Source: Macrostomum lignano (taxonomy: Eukaryota). From it: a DNA stretch of 64,000 nt. Made by a program: the position numbers and the translations under genes. This document shows, in pieces, positions 50,574 through 63,720 of this stretch (the first letter of the stretch is position 1; every line of letters begins with the position of its first letter). The notes under the pieces are model-generated. The model was not told the origin of the DNA, did not search any database, and was given only the letters and a program-made list of their open reading frames with translations. The DNA lies in assembly GCA_002269645.1 (NCBI GenBank), contig NIVC01002407.1:1-64000 (forward strand). The letters are read 5' to 3'.

Positions 50574-51219
50574 CACTCAGCAACATTTAAAACGCAACAC
50601 TCTAACTAGAAGAAAAATCAACTCACTCAGAAGAGTCAAAGCGCATAGTCTATGGTTCAAATCGAGCTTCAGAAACGCGTGTAGCCTCCTCTCGCAAGTA
50701 ACAGGGCGTTGACTCGACGTGGCATTCCCAGAACAAGGCGTCGAAAGGCGTCAAGGTCTCTCTGCCCACATCAATCGCAGGAGTGTGGCAGGCAGTGTGG
50801 GGTTTCCACGCACTATTCTCAGCAGGCGTCGATCTGCCCTCGCTGTTGTACTGCGAAGTTGGTGAAGCACCGTACCTTTTCTCGCGTGAGCCACGCTTCC
50901 AGTGGCTCTGCTCTTCTGTAGCAGACGTAAAACTGTTGAAGGCGACCTCCCGAAGTGGTTCGCAACTGTTCGAAGAGTACAACCTGCTTCCAACATTCCG
51001 ACTGCTCGCCATCTTTCCGCGTCTGTCATCTGTTGAACCATTCTCTCAGCTGGATCACTCTATCTGAAAACAGTCCATAGTCATCGCCCTGTTACTTGCG
51101 AGAGGAAGCTACACGCGTTTCTGAAGCTCGATTTGAACCATAGACTATGCGCTTTGACTCTTCTGAGTGAGTTGATTTTTCTTCTAGTTAGAGTGTTGCG
51201 TTTTAAATGTTGCTGAGTG
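50574..51219 (-). mobile_element. Internally deleted, rearranged Tc1/mariner derivative with 135-bp inverted ends
   Basis: TA|CACTCAGC...GCTGAGTG|TA; arms 50574-50708 and 51085-51219. The minus strand encodes a Tc1 paired-like HTH (MTDAERWRAVGMLEAG...VANHFGRSPSTVLRL) joined to the Tc1 C-terminus (MPRRVNALLLARGGYTRF*). Confidence 0.85.
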
Positions 51220-51690
51220 TATACTCGTAAAAGTTTGGTGTATTAATATATACTCGTAAAAGTTTGGTGTATTAATATATACTCGTAAAAGTTTGGTGTA
51301 TTAATATATACTCGTAAAAGTTTGGTGTATTAATATATACTCGTAAAAGTTTGGTGTATTAATATATACTCGTAAAAGTTTGGTGTATTAATATATACTC
51401 GTAAAAGTTTGGTGTATTAATATATACTCGTAAAAGTTTGGTGTATTAATATATACTCGTAAAAGTTTGGTGTATTAATATATACTCGTAAAAGTTTGGT
51501 GTATTAATATATACTCGTAAAAGTTTGGTGTATTAATATATACTCGTAAAAGTTTGGTGTATTAATATATGCTCGTAAAAGTTTGGTGTATTAATATATA
51601 CTCGTAAAAGTTTGGTGTATTAATATATACTCGTAAAAGTTTGGTGTATTAATATATACTCGTAAAAGTTTGGTGTATTAATATATACTC
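51220..51690. repeat. 29-bp tandem repeat (TATACTCGTAAAAGTTTGGTGTATTAATA), ~16 copies
   Basis: CTCGT at 51253 and 51282; starts exactly at the TA flanking the Tc1 derivative. Confidence 0.95.
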
Positions 51691-52504
51691 GTAAAAGTTT
51701 GGTGTATGCCCCACCATTTTCAGCTGAGTGGCGAAATAATATTTTATTGATTGCGAATAAAACACCAACATTACGAGTTTTGAGTAGTGCGTAATAATTT
51801 GAAAATTTGAATTCGGTGTTTGTGTTTCTATGGGCCTTTCTTCATATTGCTAGTTCTGGTTCCAGAACCAGAACCAATTTGTGAAGTATAACTTTTGTCT
51901 CCATAACTAGAGGGAGATACGTGCTATAAAGTTTTTATTATTGAATGACAATCGCCAAGAAGAAAGTGAAAAATAGTGCTAAGTGAGGTTGTTAAGGCAG
52001 TCAAACATTCAACAGAATCATAGATACTATATAGTATCTATGAACAGAATTAAATAGGCCCTATAGTTATATCTGAAATCGCGAAGTGGATCTGATTAGC
52101 AAGCGGTAGAAGAGTTGGATAACCTGAAATACAACTTGAAATCAATTACCAGTACTGTACCACTTTCGTGTCATTGCCAACTCTGAGTGTTTTAGTTCTG
52201 AGACGCCTCGTCTTCTTACTGACTTTATTGTCAGTGACGCTTTGGTTCTGCTAGTTCGGAAAGTTATGGTTACATCAGTTTTTTTGGTACATACATGCAT
52301 GTTACTAAAACCTACCCAAAATATCAATAAGACGAAGAGCGTTCTAAGTTCTAAGTAGTTTGTTACGAGCGTAGTAACCTGTATATTTAATAGCAGTTAG
52401 TAGGCAGCAAAGTGGAATTATTAGTGCTATGTCCACAGTTTTCAAATGCAAGTTGTAAGCCTAGAGAGGGCATACTTCTTTAACCAATTGCCGCCTGCGA
52501 CTGT

Positions 52505-52622
52505 CCGGCTGGCAAACGTCCCGCAGGCAAACGTCGGCAGGCAAACGTCCCGCAGGCAAACGTCGGCAGGCAAACGTCCCGCAGGCAAACGTCGGCAGGC
52601 AAACGTCCGGCAGGCAAACATC
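52505..52622. repeat. Reverse-complement copy of the 47.4-kb minisatellite (GGCAAACGTCCCGCA / GGCAAACGTCGGCA)
   Basis: Monomer is the reverse complement of 47412-47645. Confidence 0.9.
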
Positions 52623-52754
52623 GTAGACCCCACCTGGAGTTTGAGACTAACTCTGCCTGGAACATATGTTAGGCGCATATTACCCAGTTTCAAAGTTTGC
52701 TTTATTTGACCCGGTTCATAAATTTCATACATTTACATTTACAATCATGTATGT

Positions 52755-52905
52755 ATGCATACACACACATACATCCCCCCACACACGCATGCATGCATTC
52801 ACACATACATACAGTCACATGCATACATACATTCACAGACTTACCCTACGTTCACTCACACACACGCACACACGCATACATGCACACACACCTACATACA
52901 CGCAT
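52755..52905. repeat. Degenerate (CA)n/(CATA)n microsatellite
   Basis: Seen directly. Confidence 0.8.
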
Positions 52906-53374
52906 AAAACTAACAAAATTACTCAGCACGACAGAATGATGCCGAATGCAACGCAAAGCAAAAACGCGTGTTTTGCGTTGAGCTTGCTCGTTTAAGAGCT
53001 TCCTCTGTCAGCGTCCAGACGGTCCTGGCGGCATACAGTGAGGTGGTCTCCACGATTTCCGAGCTGCGACTTAACGCCAGTCATACATACAACGCCGCTA
53101 GAACAGGTGAATTAAAAAGTAAAAAAAATAAAAGAAAACAGTTAAAAAAGAAAAAAGTCAATAAGCATAATGATGAAATAATACCAAGTCTTTTCAATAT
53201 TTCAAGTTTTAATCTAATTCGCAGAGTCAGTTTCTATTTGTCTAGAGAAATCTTCAACTGAATTGGAACGAATTCAATACTTGTAAACCTAGGCAAGTTA
53301 GGCATTTTAAACAGCTCCATGTTCACATTGCTATGTGGTTGTATGGAGTCGGTCATATTGATTGGGTAAATGAA

Positions 53375-54446
53375 TGTTACACGAGTGTTACACTCGTATA
53401 TTTCAGAACTTTTTAGCCGAGCGTCTTGCTACGGTACTTGGCTTTCTTATTTTGCTCTTGAAGAGTTCGCTTTAGCACACTAGAGAGAGAGGGAAAGAGA
53501 GAGAGAGAGAAAGAGAAGAGAAGAGAGAGAGAAATTAATCTAGTGTCTAAACGCACGAACTCCCACTTCCAGACCTCAAGCCTGGGAACAAAGTTCAGTG
53601 TTCACTTACTGATGTGGGCTCCTCTTCTTTGTCGGGCAGGTTCTCCTAGCTCGTCTCTTCAAATATTCTTCCTCCGGAGTAGTCTTGAATTATAGAATCG
53701 GCCGAATATGAGAGCTTAATAACTTAGTCCGTCGACGTCAGTATATTCCTCGAGTGCAGAAATCGATATATTCCTCGAGTGCAGAAATCGATATATTCCT
53801 CGAGTGCAGAAATCAATATATTCCTCGAGTGCAGAGATGCGCCCTAATAACAAAGTCAATTCTATAACAATAACGAGGTCCTCCGAAAGGGCGTCTTCTT
53901 CTAGAAATAACGGAATCGGAGTCGTTTGCTCCTATCGGTTACTCTAGGGTACCAAAATCAATCAGTCAGTAATCGACTCAGAGTATCGGAATCGGTCCGC
54001 AGATCCTATCCAATCCCTTAGGAATAGGGAGGCCTCAAATTCAATAACTCAATAAATCGACTTATCAGTAACGGCCAGCAATGACACAGCTCTCAATAAT
54101 CGAATAACAAAGACTTCAAATAACAAAGACTCTGACAAAGGCTTACCAATTGGTGTTTGTCTCTCTCAGAGATATAGCCTTGCTTAGTAACTCTGGCTAA
54201 GCCTAAGATCTCTTAAGGCTGCTCCGAGTCTGAGGTTTCAGCTCGGATTTTCGCTTGTATTTATACACGATTTCATTCGACCTTGAGCTTCAAACTGGTT
54301 TTATTGATAAGAATCAAAAGATGGACTTTGCCTCTTGACCGGTGGGGTTTTACATAGGAAAGGGGTGAAGCCTAGATCGCATTTAACTTGACCTTTACCA
54401 TATTTGGAAATTTAGGTTGAAAACCGGTTTTTTGGACTATGTAACA
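53375..54446. mobile_element. Possible solo LTR (TGTTACA...TGTAACA) containing a 25-bp repeat at 53742-53836
   Basis: TGT...ACA inverted termini, non-coding interior, TATA/polyA-like motifs. No matching TSD found, so tentative. Confidence 0.3.
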
Positions 54447-54978
54447 ATCACTCGCTGTTTACGTGATATTGCATGCATTACTGAAAATAGAGTATGACGC
54501 ATGTTAGTTTTAAATAGTATTCTTGTTTTTATCTTGCTACTTTTAGTAGGCTACTATGCTTGGAGATCTCTACACTCTGCGAAAAATAATATTACAAACA
54601 CAGCACACAAACACAGCACACATCTTTTGCCCATAAACCACACGCTACTATATAAATCCTTCAGGCTTTTGCGGCACGAGGATTTCCGACTTTTTGCCCT
54701 AGACAACCTGCTGGATTTGTATTTTTTCTTGATTTCAAGAGCGGGCCGAGAAACGACTTTCTTCGGCCCGCGAGTCAAACTGCATTCGCTTCAGTCTTGC
54801 GCAGAGGCTCAGAGGCTTGAATACAAACCCTGTGATTCTAATATCTCCTGACAAATTCAAACCTGACCCATAGCAGGGTCTTTCTGAGACTAGTCAAGCT
54901 ACAATGATCTTATCTTTAAAAATAATTGTTGGAATATTTTTGCACTGGCATTAACTTTCCGCTGCGTAAATAAAATGC

Positions 54979-56030
54979 AAGACAAAGATTTAAAAACCGA
55001 TTTTGCAACTTTGTACCCAGTACCAAACTAGCGTAACTTCATCGGATATCGAGCTTCGTTTATTTCCATTGTTCTCATATAGATCTGATACACCGATCTG
55101 TGCATCACGTCAAGTCAATATTCCGATTCATTGTGAGTGCCGGGTGCTCACTTCTTCTCAGGAAAGGCGGCTAGAGCAGACCGCTTCAAGAAAGCGTAGT
55201 AGCAGACGCGGATGGCGGTCTCCGACTCGACCTCAAAGTTGCACTCGTCGGGCAATGAGTAGGCCTTGACCATCTGCAGCACCTGGTTGCGAATTTGCTC
55301 ATAGTTGATGCCGCCAGCCAGCTCGCAGTTCTTGTTCTCCAGAATGCACGGCTTGTAGTAAGTCTCGAACAGCTGCATCATCTGCCTCTCGGCGTTCTAC
55401 AAACGTGCGTTCAGCTGCACTTACTCTTAGGGAAACTTGAGGACTGCCAGCAAGAATGAGTAACTCACTTCGATCTCAACAGGATCGGTCAAGCCGTTGA
55501 GCACGCTCTTCCTGTAGGTATTCAGCATGATGGCATAGTAACACGGACGGATGCACGACTCACTGCTGACGTCGCAGTCGCACTCAGGAGGCGGCCTGTG
55601 AGCTCGCATCTGGCGGACCATTGGAGCGAAATTCTCGAATTTCCAATCGTCGTTCTCAGGCGGACAGTTCGTGTTGTCCACGATGCAGGGCCTCACGTGC
55701 TCCTCCAGCATCTTTAACATCTCCTCTCGACTGGACTGAAACAATTGGAATGTTAAAGCGGCTTCTACACCAGCCTCATCGCCAAAGCACTGCATTAGTA
55801 ACATTCTCTTACCGTGGATGCAGTGATGCACAGAGAGACAATCGGCAGGACGACAAGCAGTGCAAAACGAAGCATTGTCGTTCGGTATTCGGACTCGATT
55901 TGGACTGTCGGCTTTTGCGGAGCTGTGTGAGACGGCTGTCTTGTATTGTTGAGCATGGAGACTGGCAACGTCCTTTCTTCCTTATATCCCCTCGATTCTC
56001 AAACTGAAATGACTCTCTATTGACTCAACT
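54979..56030. repeat. Left arm of a 1052-bp near-identical inverted duplication (partner 59582-60633)
   Basis: Mirror coordinates sum to 115612 throughout; ORFs identical on opposite strands; only two substitutions noticed by eye. Confidence 0.95.
55148..55875 (-). CDS. Small secreted two-repeat Cys-rich protein (copy B); 3 exons, 192 aa
   Basis: Exons 55875-55813 (MLRFALLVVLPIVSLCITAST), 55735-55469 and 55396-55148; phase-0 GT-AG introns. Confidence 0.85.
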
Positions 56031-56859
56031 GAACAAACTCTTCTGATATCAATCCAAATACTCAAGGTCGATATTGGAATTGAATAGGCTTTTCTGCATT
56101 TAGGGGAGAAAAAGTTTTGCTAATTGTTTTTTCGGCGCAGTTCCACTTCACTCACTACTTCATTTTAAAGAGATTCGGAATTTGATGACAGATGTTTTAG
56201 AAATTGGAAGCATTACATTTTTTTCTAGACTGACTAGGAAGATATTCTTGTTTTGGTTAACATTACTGCATGAAATTCTGGGAGAAGTTTCCCTTTTCCC
56301 CGCCCTAGCAACACCGCTAAATTGAAATGGTGTTCTCCTAGACTAATCTAAACGTCTACAAACTACCTTGGTATTTAGTATAATCTGCCTTGGTATTGAG
56401 CACACGAAAAACAGTTTTTAGCGATATAGCTCGGTTAAACATAATTTTTTCGTTCAATTAAAAGCCTTTGTCAATACTGGTAAAAGTTAAAGCTAAATGC
56501 GGTTCACTTCAGTGAATTACAATAAAATTGAAGTGATTGGATTCGTTCATTTGTTTGTTTAGCTGATTGAAAGCGGCTGAAATTTTCTAGAGAACAGAAT
56601 GAAGCAGCAATCCGATTATTGAACTGAAAAACTATTGTTTGCACATGAGAAAGTTCGGTAGCATTTGAGCACTCGATTTTTAGTCGTTGCACTGCGTGAA
56701 CAGCAAAACTCTAGAGACTCAGTTTTTTACTGTCAGATTTGCAACTAGCTTCAATATTGCTTTCGTTGTCAGTATCAAAATTAATTGCTCTTTTGCATCA
56801 AAAATTTGGCTCCACAAATTCTTAATTTAGGGGGGCTCTGTGGGGCTTCATTGATGCAG

Positions 56860-57570
56860 GTCGAAGGCTGTACGGTAGCGGCGTCCCATTTAAAGGCTGG
56901 AGGGTAGCGACGTACCATCAAAGGGCTAGAGAATGGTGATGTCTCATCAAAGGGCTGGAGGATGGTGATGTCTCATCAAAGGGCTGGATGATGGTGATGT
57001 GTCATCAAAAGGCTGGAGGATGGTGATGTCCCATCGAAGGGCTGGATAATGGTGATGTCTCATCAAAAGGCTGGAGGATGGTGATGTCCCATCGAAGGGC
57101 TGGATAATGGTGATGTCTCATCAAAGGGCTGGAGGATGGTGATGTCCCATCGAAGGGCTGGATGATGGTGATGTCTCATCAAAGGGCTGGAGGATGGTGA
57201 TGTCTCATCGAAGGGCTGGAGGTTGGAGATGTGTCATCAAAAGGCTGGAGGATGGTGATGTCCCATCGAAGGGCTGGATAGTGGTGATGTCTCATCGAAG
57301 GGCTGGAGGACGGTGATGTCTCATCGAAGGGCTGGAGGATGGTGATGTCCCTTCGAAGGGCTGGATAATGGTGATGTCCCGTCGAAGGGCTGGAGGATGG
57401 TGATGTCCCGTCGAAGGGCTGGAGGATGATGATGTCTCATCGAAGAGGAGGGTAGCGACGTCCATCGAAAGGCTGGAGGACGGTGATATCCTATCGAAGG
57501 GCTGGAGGATGGTGATGTTTTATCGAAGGGCTGGAGGGTAGCGACGTCCCATCGAAGGATCGGAGGATAG
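56860..57570. repeat. 29-bp minisatellite (GGGCTGGAGGATGGTGATGTCTCATCAAA), ~24 copies
   Basis: GTCTCATC at 56941 and 56970. Confidence 0.95.
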
Positions 57571-58448
57571 TAATGTCACACCATCATTGTCCCTTGATTT
57601 TACTTCAAGATAAGTGTGCTTTGAGCAGACTGTGGAAGCAAGTTCGCTACACTGGGGTTCAGGCCCGATGAGACCAATATGGGGTGGTGAAGGCAGGTGC
57701 AAGGTGAGAAGTTAAGCATTACTTTTTAGCGTTAGACGCGAAGTACCTACTCGTAGAAGAAAAATAAGCTTCATTAGACTGTCCATCAAAATACAGAACT
57801 ACCTTTCAGCAAATTTTAAAATAAGAAGTCCCAAATTTTATCTATAAACTGGTTCGTTGAATGTTGCTGCTTAGATACGAGTGTATAAATTGGTTGAATC
57901 ATAGATTACGAGTACAATAACAAACGATGCCATCGTGGGATGAAGAAGCCATGGGTTAAAAAATTCCCGGAGCAAAATAAGAACCAAAATGATTGATAGA
58001 TTCTAGGTGTTTTTGTACGCGTACGAGTATTCTAACAAAAAGTTCATTGATATTCAAATCAAATGCATTCGCTCTGTCGGTGGAAATTACCTGTTTGCTT
58101 GAGTTTTTATGAATCGATAAATGGAAAATCATCTCTACGAGTACACAGACAGCTGTGCAACCAATAATCCACCCATTTATGCTTCTGCACCTCCTCTTAA
58201 TTGCTTTTGCGTTTGCCCACCTGGGCAGCTTCGACTTTGAAATCGGCGGCTCATAATGTCGTAGTCAGCTCATAATCCTTTCAACGTTAAATTTCCTTTT
58301 GATAAAAACAGCAGCTGAGTTTACATTAAACCGCGCGGTAGCTGATCTGCAGACTGACTCAATAAAAGGTAGTCCGATTGTCTCAGTTGTTTGACTATTT
58401 TACAGGCATTAATGGTTTAAACCTTGCCTGAACTGCATCAGCTGCACC

Positions 58449-59099
58449 ATGAAGCTGCAGAATCTGATTCTGACGCTGTGCTTTGCGATGGCGGCCGTCG
58501 GTGAGGAGTCTGCAGCTGTTTGCGCTTAAAATCCCTGATGATTCTCCTCACCAAAATCACCCTAGCCATATCTGATGTGCTCATACACAAGAGAATCGCT
58601 CCCCATATATTCGTACTTTCTAGATGCCTGTCCAACTCTCTACTTGAGCAGGAGCAACATTAGCGGGGTCATGTCATCGAGCCACGGCTTCCCGCGAGTC
58701 TGCGGTGTTGAGTACTGCCACAATCTGAATTGCAACTACGAACTCGTTCCCGCGCGCAACAACTCAGGCCGCGGGGTGATTGTCCGGTTCGACTATTTCA
58801 ACACGGAGAGCTATCACGATTTTGTGCGGCTGGAGTACATCAACTTGCAGGGACAGCTCGTCACTGGACAGTTCAGCGGAAGTGTCGGCTCGTTCCGTGC
58901 GCGTCTGCCCGCCATGCAGGGCACTCCGGTTAGGATGCGGTGGAACACGGACAGCAGTGTGAACAGCCTCGGCTTCCTAATGAGGTTCCATGCTGTGCCG
59001 GCTCCCCCTGTGCGCCGGTACAGGCTGGGTGGCATGCTGGAAGTGAGTGAGAACGGAGTTCGCGGCTCAGTCAGGGTCGAGAAGGCCAAGCGAAAGTGA
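58449..59099 (+). CDS. Small secreted single-CUB-domain protein (copy 1); 2 exons, ~175 aa
   Basis: Exon 1 58449-58500 (MKLQNLILTLCFAMAAV, phase 1); exon 2 58624-59099. CUB motifs: C...GVMSS..FP...Y.HNLNC.Y, VIVRFDYFNTES.HDFV, FSGS, MRWNTDSSVNSLGF..RF. Confidence 0.85.
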
Positions 59100-59581
59100 C
59101 TGACATATGTAGCTGCTGGTTTCTGAAATGGTAGACGCGCAATGAATATTTAATTTAAAGATGATTAAAATAAGCAAGCATAAAATATACTGGATTATCT
59201 GTTCAACTCTTGGCCCACTCGCTTTTAAAATGACCTTGCAGCTTTCGTTACACCAACACAGTGCGGATAGCGCTCTTTCGACGCTTATAAGTTAGACTAT
59301 ACACTATACGATGACATTAAAGTGCAATTCAAAGCTGTTGTTTACCAGATGTGGGGGCACATTACAATGGGCTTCGAATTAAAAAACTCATGTTTAAATT
59401 TTTGAAGCATTATTAGCTGATATTTTTGTTGAGGTAACCTTTCTTCAAACTTCACCTTGAAACTCTACAGGACTGAAACTGGAAGAGCCAATGCATTATT
59501 CCAGAACTGTTTGCTATAGTACAAACCCATTGAATAATATTCCGATATCGATTGAGTAAGATCTTTAACTGGAAACTGGAA

Positions 59582-60633
59582 AGTTGAGTCAATAGAGAGT
59601 CATTTCAGTTTGAGAATCGAGGGGATATAAGGAAGAAAGGACGTTGCCAGTCTCCATGCTCAACAATACAAGACAGCCGTCTCACACAGCTCCGCAAAAG
59701 CCGACAGTCCAAATCGAGTCCGAATACCGAACGACAATGCTTCGTTTTGCACTGCTTGTCGTCCTGCCAATTGTCTCTCTGTGCATCACTGCATCCACGG
59801 TAAGAGAATGTTACTAATGCAGTGCTTTGGCGATGAGGCTGGTGTAGAAGCCGCTTTAACATTCCAATTGTTTCAGTCCAGTCGAGAGGAGATGTTAAAG
59901 ATGCTGGAGGAGCACGTGAGGCCCTGCATCGTGGACAACACGAACTGTCCGCCTGAGAACGACGATTGGAAATTCGAGAATTTCGCTCCAATGGTCCGCC
60001 AGATGCGAGCTCACAGGCCGCCTCCTGAGTGCGACTGCGACGTCAGCAGTGAGTCGTGCATCCGTCCGTGTTACTATGCCATCATGCTGAATACCTACAG
60101 GAAGAGCGTGCTCAACGGCTTGACCGATCCTGTTGAGATCGAAGTGAGTTACTCATTCTTGCTGGCAGTCCTCAAGTTTCCCTAAGAGTAAGTGCAGCTG
60201 AACGCACGTTTGTAGAACGCCGAGAGGCAGATGATGCAGCTGTTCGAGACTTACTACAAGCCGTGCATTCTGGAGAACAAGAACTGCGAGCTGGCTGGCG
60301 GCATCAACTATGAGCAAATTCGCAACCAGGTGCTGCAGATGGTCAAGGCCTACTCATTGCCCGACGAGTGCAACTTTGAGGTCGAGTCGGAGACCGCCAT
60401 CCGCGTCTGCTACTACGCTTTCTTGAAGCGGTCTGCTCTAGCCGCCTTTCCTGAGAAGAAGTGAGCACCCGGCACTCACAATGAATCGGAATATTGACTT
60501 GACGTGATGCACAGATCGGTGTATCAGATCTATATGAGAACAATGGAAATAAACGAAGCTCGATATCCGATGAAGTTACGCTAGTTTGGTACTGGGTACA
60601 AAGTTGCAAAATCGGTCTTTAAATCTTTGTCTT
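59582..60633. repeat. Right arm of the 1052-bp inverted duplication
   Basis: Reverse complement of 54979-56030. Confidence 0.95.
59737..60464 (+). CDS. Small secreted two-repeat Cys-rich protein (copy C, same protein as copy B); 3 exons, 192 aa
   Basis: Exons 59737-59799, 59877-60143 and 60216-60464; mirror image of 55148-55875. Confidence 0.85.
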
Positions 60634-61488
60634 TGATATTGGCAACAAAATGTCAATACCAATATTCTCGGAGTTAACTTTAACGATAGAGCTGAGTATA
60701 GAGTACATGAAGTTTCAGATGCTCCGAGTTTAACTTTTGTAGGCTTGGGTTCAAGCACCAGGTTTCTTTCAGGACAAATTTACATGTCGTACCTCTATGT
60801 TTGTACTCAGAGTGCACACTTGCCCTTGAGTACAGGCTCGGTGGCATTCTGAAGTCAGTGGAAATTAAACGCAAGAGGCTGAAAAAACCATTCATCTAAT
60901 TATTGCTTAATTATGTCAAGAAACTAGCAAACTAACATTTTGAAACGTCTCCCTACTGCATGTATCTATCTATTGCAATATCTGTATTTAAGTTTATAAT
61001 CAAATCTGTTCGTCTGTAAGCCATTGCTATTTTAGGAAAGCACGTCAGTACTTTCAGCAGTACTGAAGCACGCAAGCCACAAGTCGATGTGTAGCCTCTT
61101 TTGGTATCCACGGCAGCGACCGTTAGCTATTGAACTGCTTAAATGACGACAGCCCTAAGTAGACACAAAAAAGTCAGTATAAGCAGTTGTTTTTTCGCTA
61201 ACCCTGCGCTGAAAATCTGCATCAGTGAAACTCGACACCGAAAAAAATGTTCTGTGTTCAGCACTGAGAGCTTTGAACGGGTCTGTTTTGCTGGCTCAGC
61301 TTCTGTGCCTCACCTGCAGGAATTATAATTTTAGTTGGGACTGCTCACGTGGGTCTTACATTGATATGAGGTATCGCTGTGCCAGCTGAGAAAGAGAGGG
61401 GCGAGAGGATGAAGAAGAGAAAAGTGATGTTAGATTGGGGAGAGTAGAGAGAAAGAAGAGAGGGGAGAAGAGGGGAGAAAGGGGAGGG

Positions 61489-62234
<746 letters not shown>

Positions 62235-62960
62235 CCATGCATTTTGCTGTAAACAACTGCAAAGAGGGGCAGCGTCCAGACAGTCATGAATAGCAAAGAG
62301 GTGGTGGCAAAATATACCAGAAATATTCTCCAGGTCAGAAAGTGATAAAGATTGATGGGCCTCTGACCCAGTCAGAACTAATTGGTTTCTATTAAGATAC
62401 AGCTTTGAACAATACAATGATGTGCGTTCTTTTGCTATCGAGGTGGCCTGAGGTTGTCAGCTAAAGTAATCATCCCTTCAGGTGTTCACGACGAGGCTTA
62501 TATCCTTCTTCAGACGGCTGTGGATGGTCAACTTCAACAACAGTCCTGGTGGGATACAAGGAGCTGGTAGCATTAAAGTGATTTAATTGCTTCAAACAGA
62601 CAACTGGATGAAACTGCTGATTTTATCGCTGGTATGGTTCAAGTCGAAGGTCAGATCTTTTTTAAAACTGTTCAGGTGAGCTAACAAACTCGAAAAATCA
62701 GAAATCAAAATTGTCAATGAGAAGTTAACAGCTGCAGACTAAATGGCTTGTACGGGCAGGGGTATCTTTTCAAGATTGGATCCACTACCTCACAGGCAAG
62801 AATATCCCTGACTGTTCTGTTAAACGTGCAGCTGTGTTTACTCAACTGAAAGCTCCTTGATTACTCTGCAACTCTATAAAGTCCAGATTCAATTCCAAAG
62901 AGAGCTGACTGAGCTAAAGTCAATTTTTTGCGCATGGTTTTGACTCAAATTTGCGTTGGA

Positions 62961-63565
62961 ATGAAATCTTTGGGTCTTCTTCCGTTGTTTCTGGTCTGCC
63001 TGATCGGTGCGTCAGTTGGTAAGTGAAGATGGCTGCTGGATGAATGATGCAGCTTAACGTCTGCAAGCGAAAGTCCACTCGCCCCCGCCTTTCAGACGCC
63101 TGCCCGACGCTGTACCTGCAGACTCTTCGCGGTTACGAAGGCGTTCTGTCATCCAACTACGGCTTTCCGCAGAGGTGCAACGACCAATACGCGCACAACC
63201 TGAATTGCAGGTACGAGCTGGTCTCCGGGCGCAACAATCCCGGCCGAGGAGTGTACATCAGCTTCGCCTACTTCAATACCGAGCTCAGCTACGACAAGGT
63301 GTTTATTGAGTACACCAACACGCAGGGTCGCAACGTGACCGGCTACTTCTCTGGCAGCGTGGGCGGATTCAGCCGCGTGTTGGACTCTCAGAGGGGAACC
63401 CCAGTTCGACTGATTTTCATCACCGACCACTCCGTCAGTGCCTACGGCTTCCTGGTGAGGTTTAAGGTTGCCCCGGCAATGCGATTCAGACTTGGCGGCA
63501 CGTTTGAAGTTGACCAAAACGGACTCGAGGGCACTATTCGCGTTGACAGGGCTAAACGGAAGTGA
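62961..63565 (+). CDS. Small secreted single-CUB-domain protein (copy 2); 2 exons, ~175 aa
   Basis: Exon 1 62961-63018 (MKSLGLLPLFLVCLIGASV, phase 1); exon 2 63096-63565. Colinear with copy 1 from DACPTLYL to the terminal AKRK. Confidence 0.85.
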
Positions 63566-63720
63566 CAGGATGAGAGACATGTGGCAGATGCGCAGAGTTG
63601 TAACAACTGTTCAAATAAAAATATAAACATGTACGAGCCGTAGATGTATCTTTTCACAAATGGCCCACTCGCAATGCAAAAATTTAAAGCTTTTATTCGC
63701 CTTATTTATTTTTTTGACGA

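Noticed and set aside
55621-56007. ORFs MERNSRISNRR... (also 59605..59991)
   Set aside because: Antisense shadows of the secreted-protein genes; duplicated only because of the inverted repeat.
58180-58260. Signal-peptide-like mini ORF MLLHLLLIAFAFAHLGSFDFEIGGS*
   Set aside because: Ends in a stop with no suitable donor; the exon at 58449-58500 fits CUB1 in phase and matches the paralogue's structure.
60760-60900. EYRLGGILK...KRKRLKK resembling the CUB-protein tail
   Set aside because: Upstream translation shows no CUB motifs in any frame checked; probably chance.
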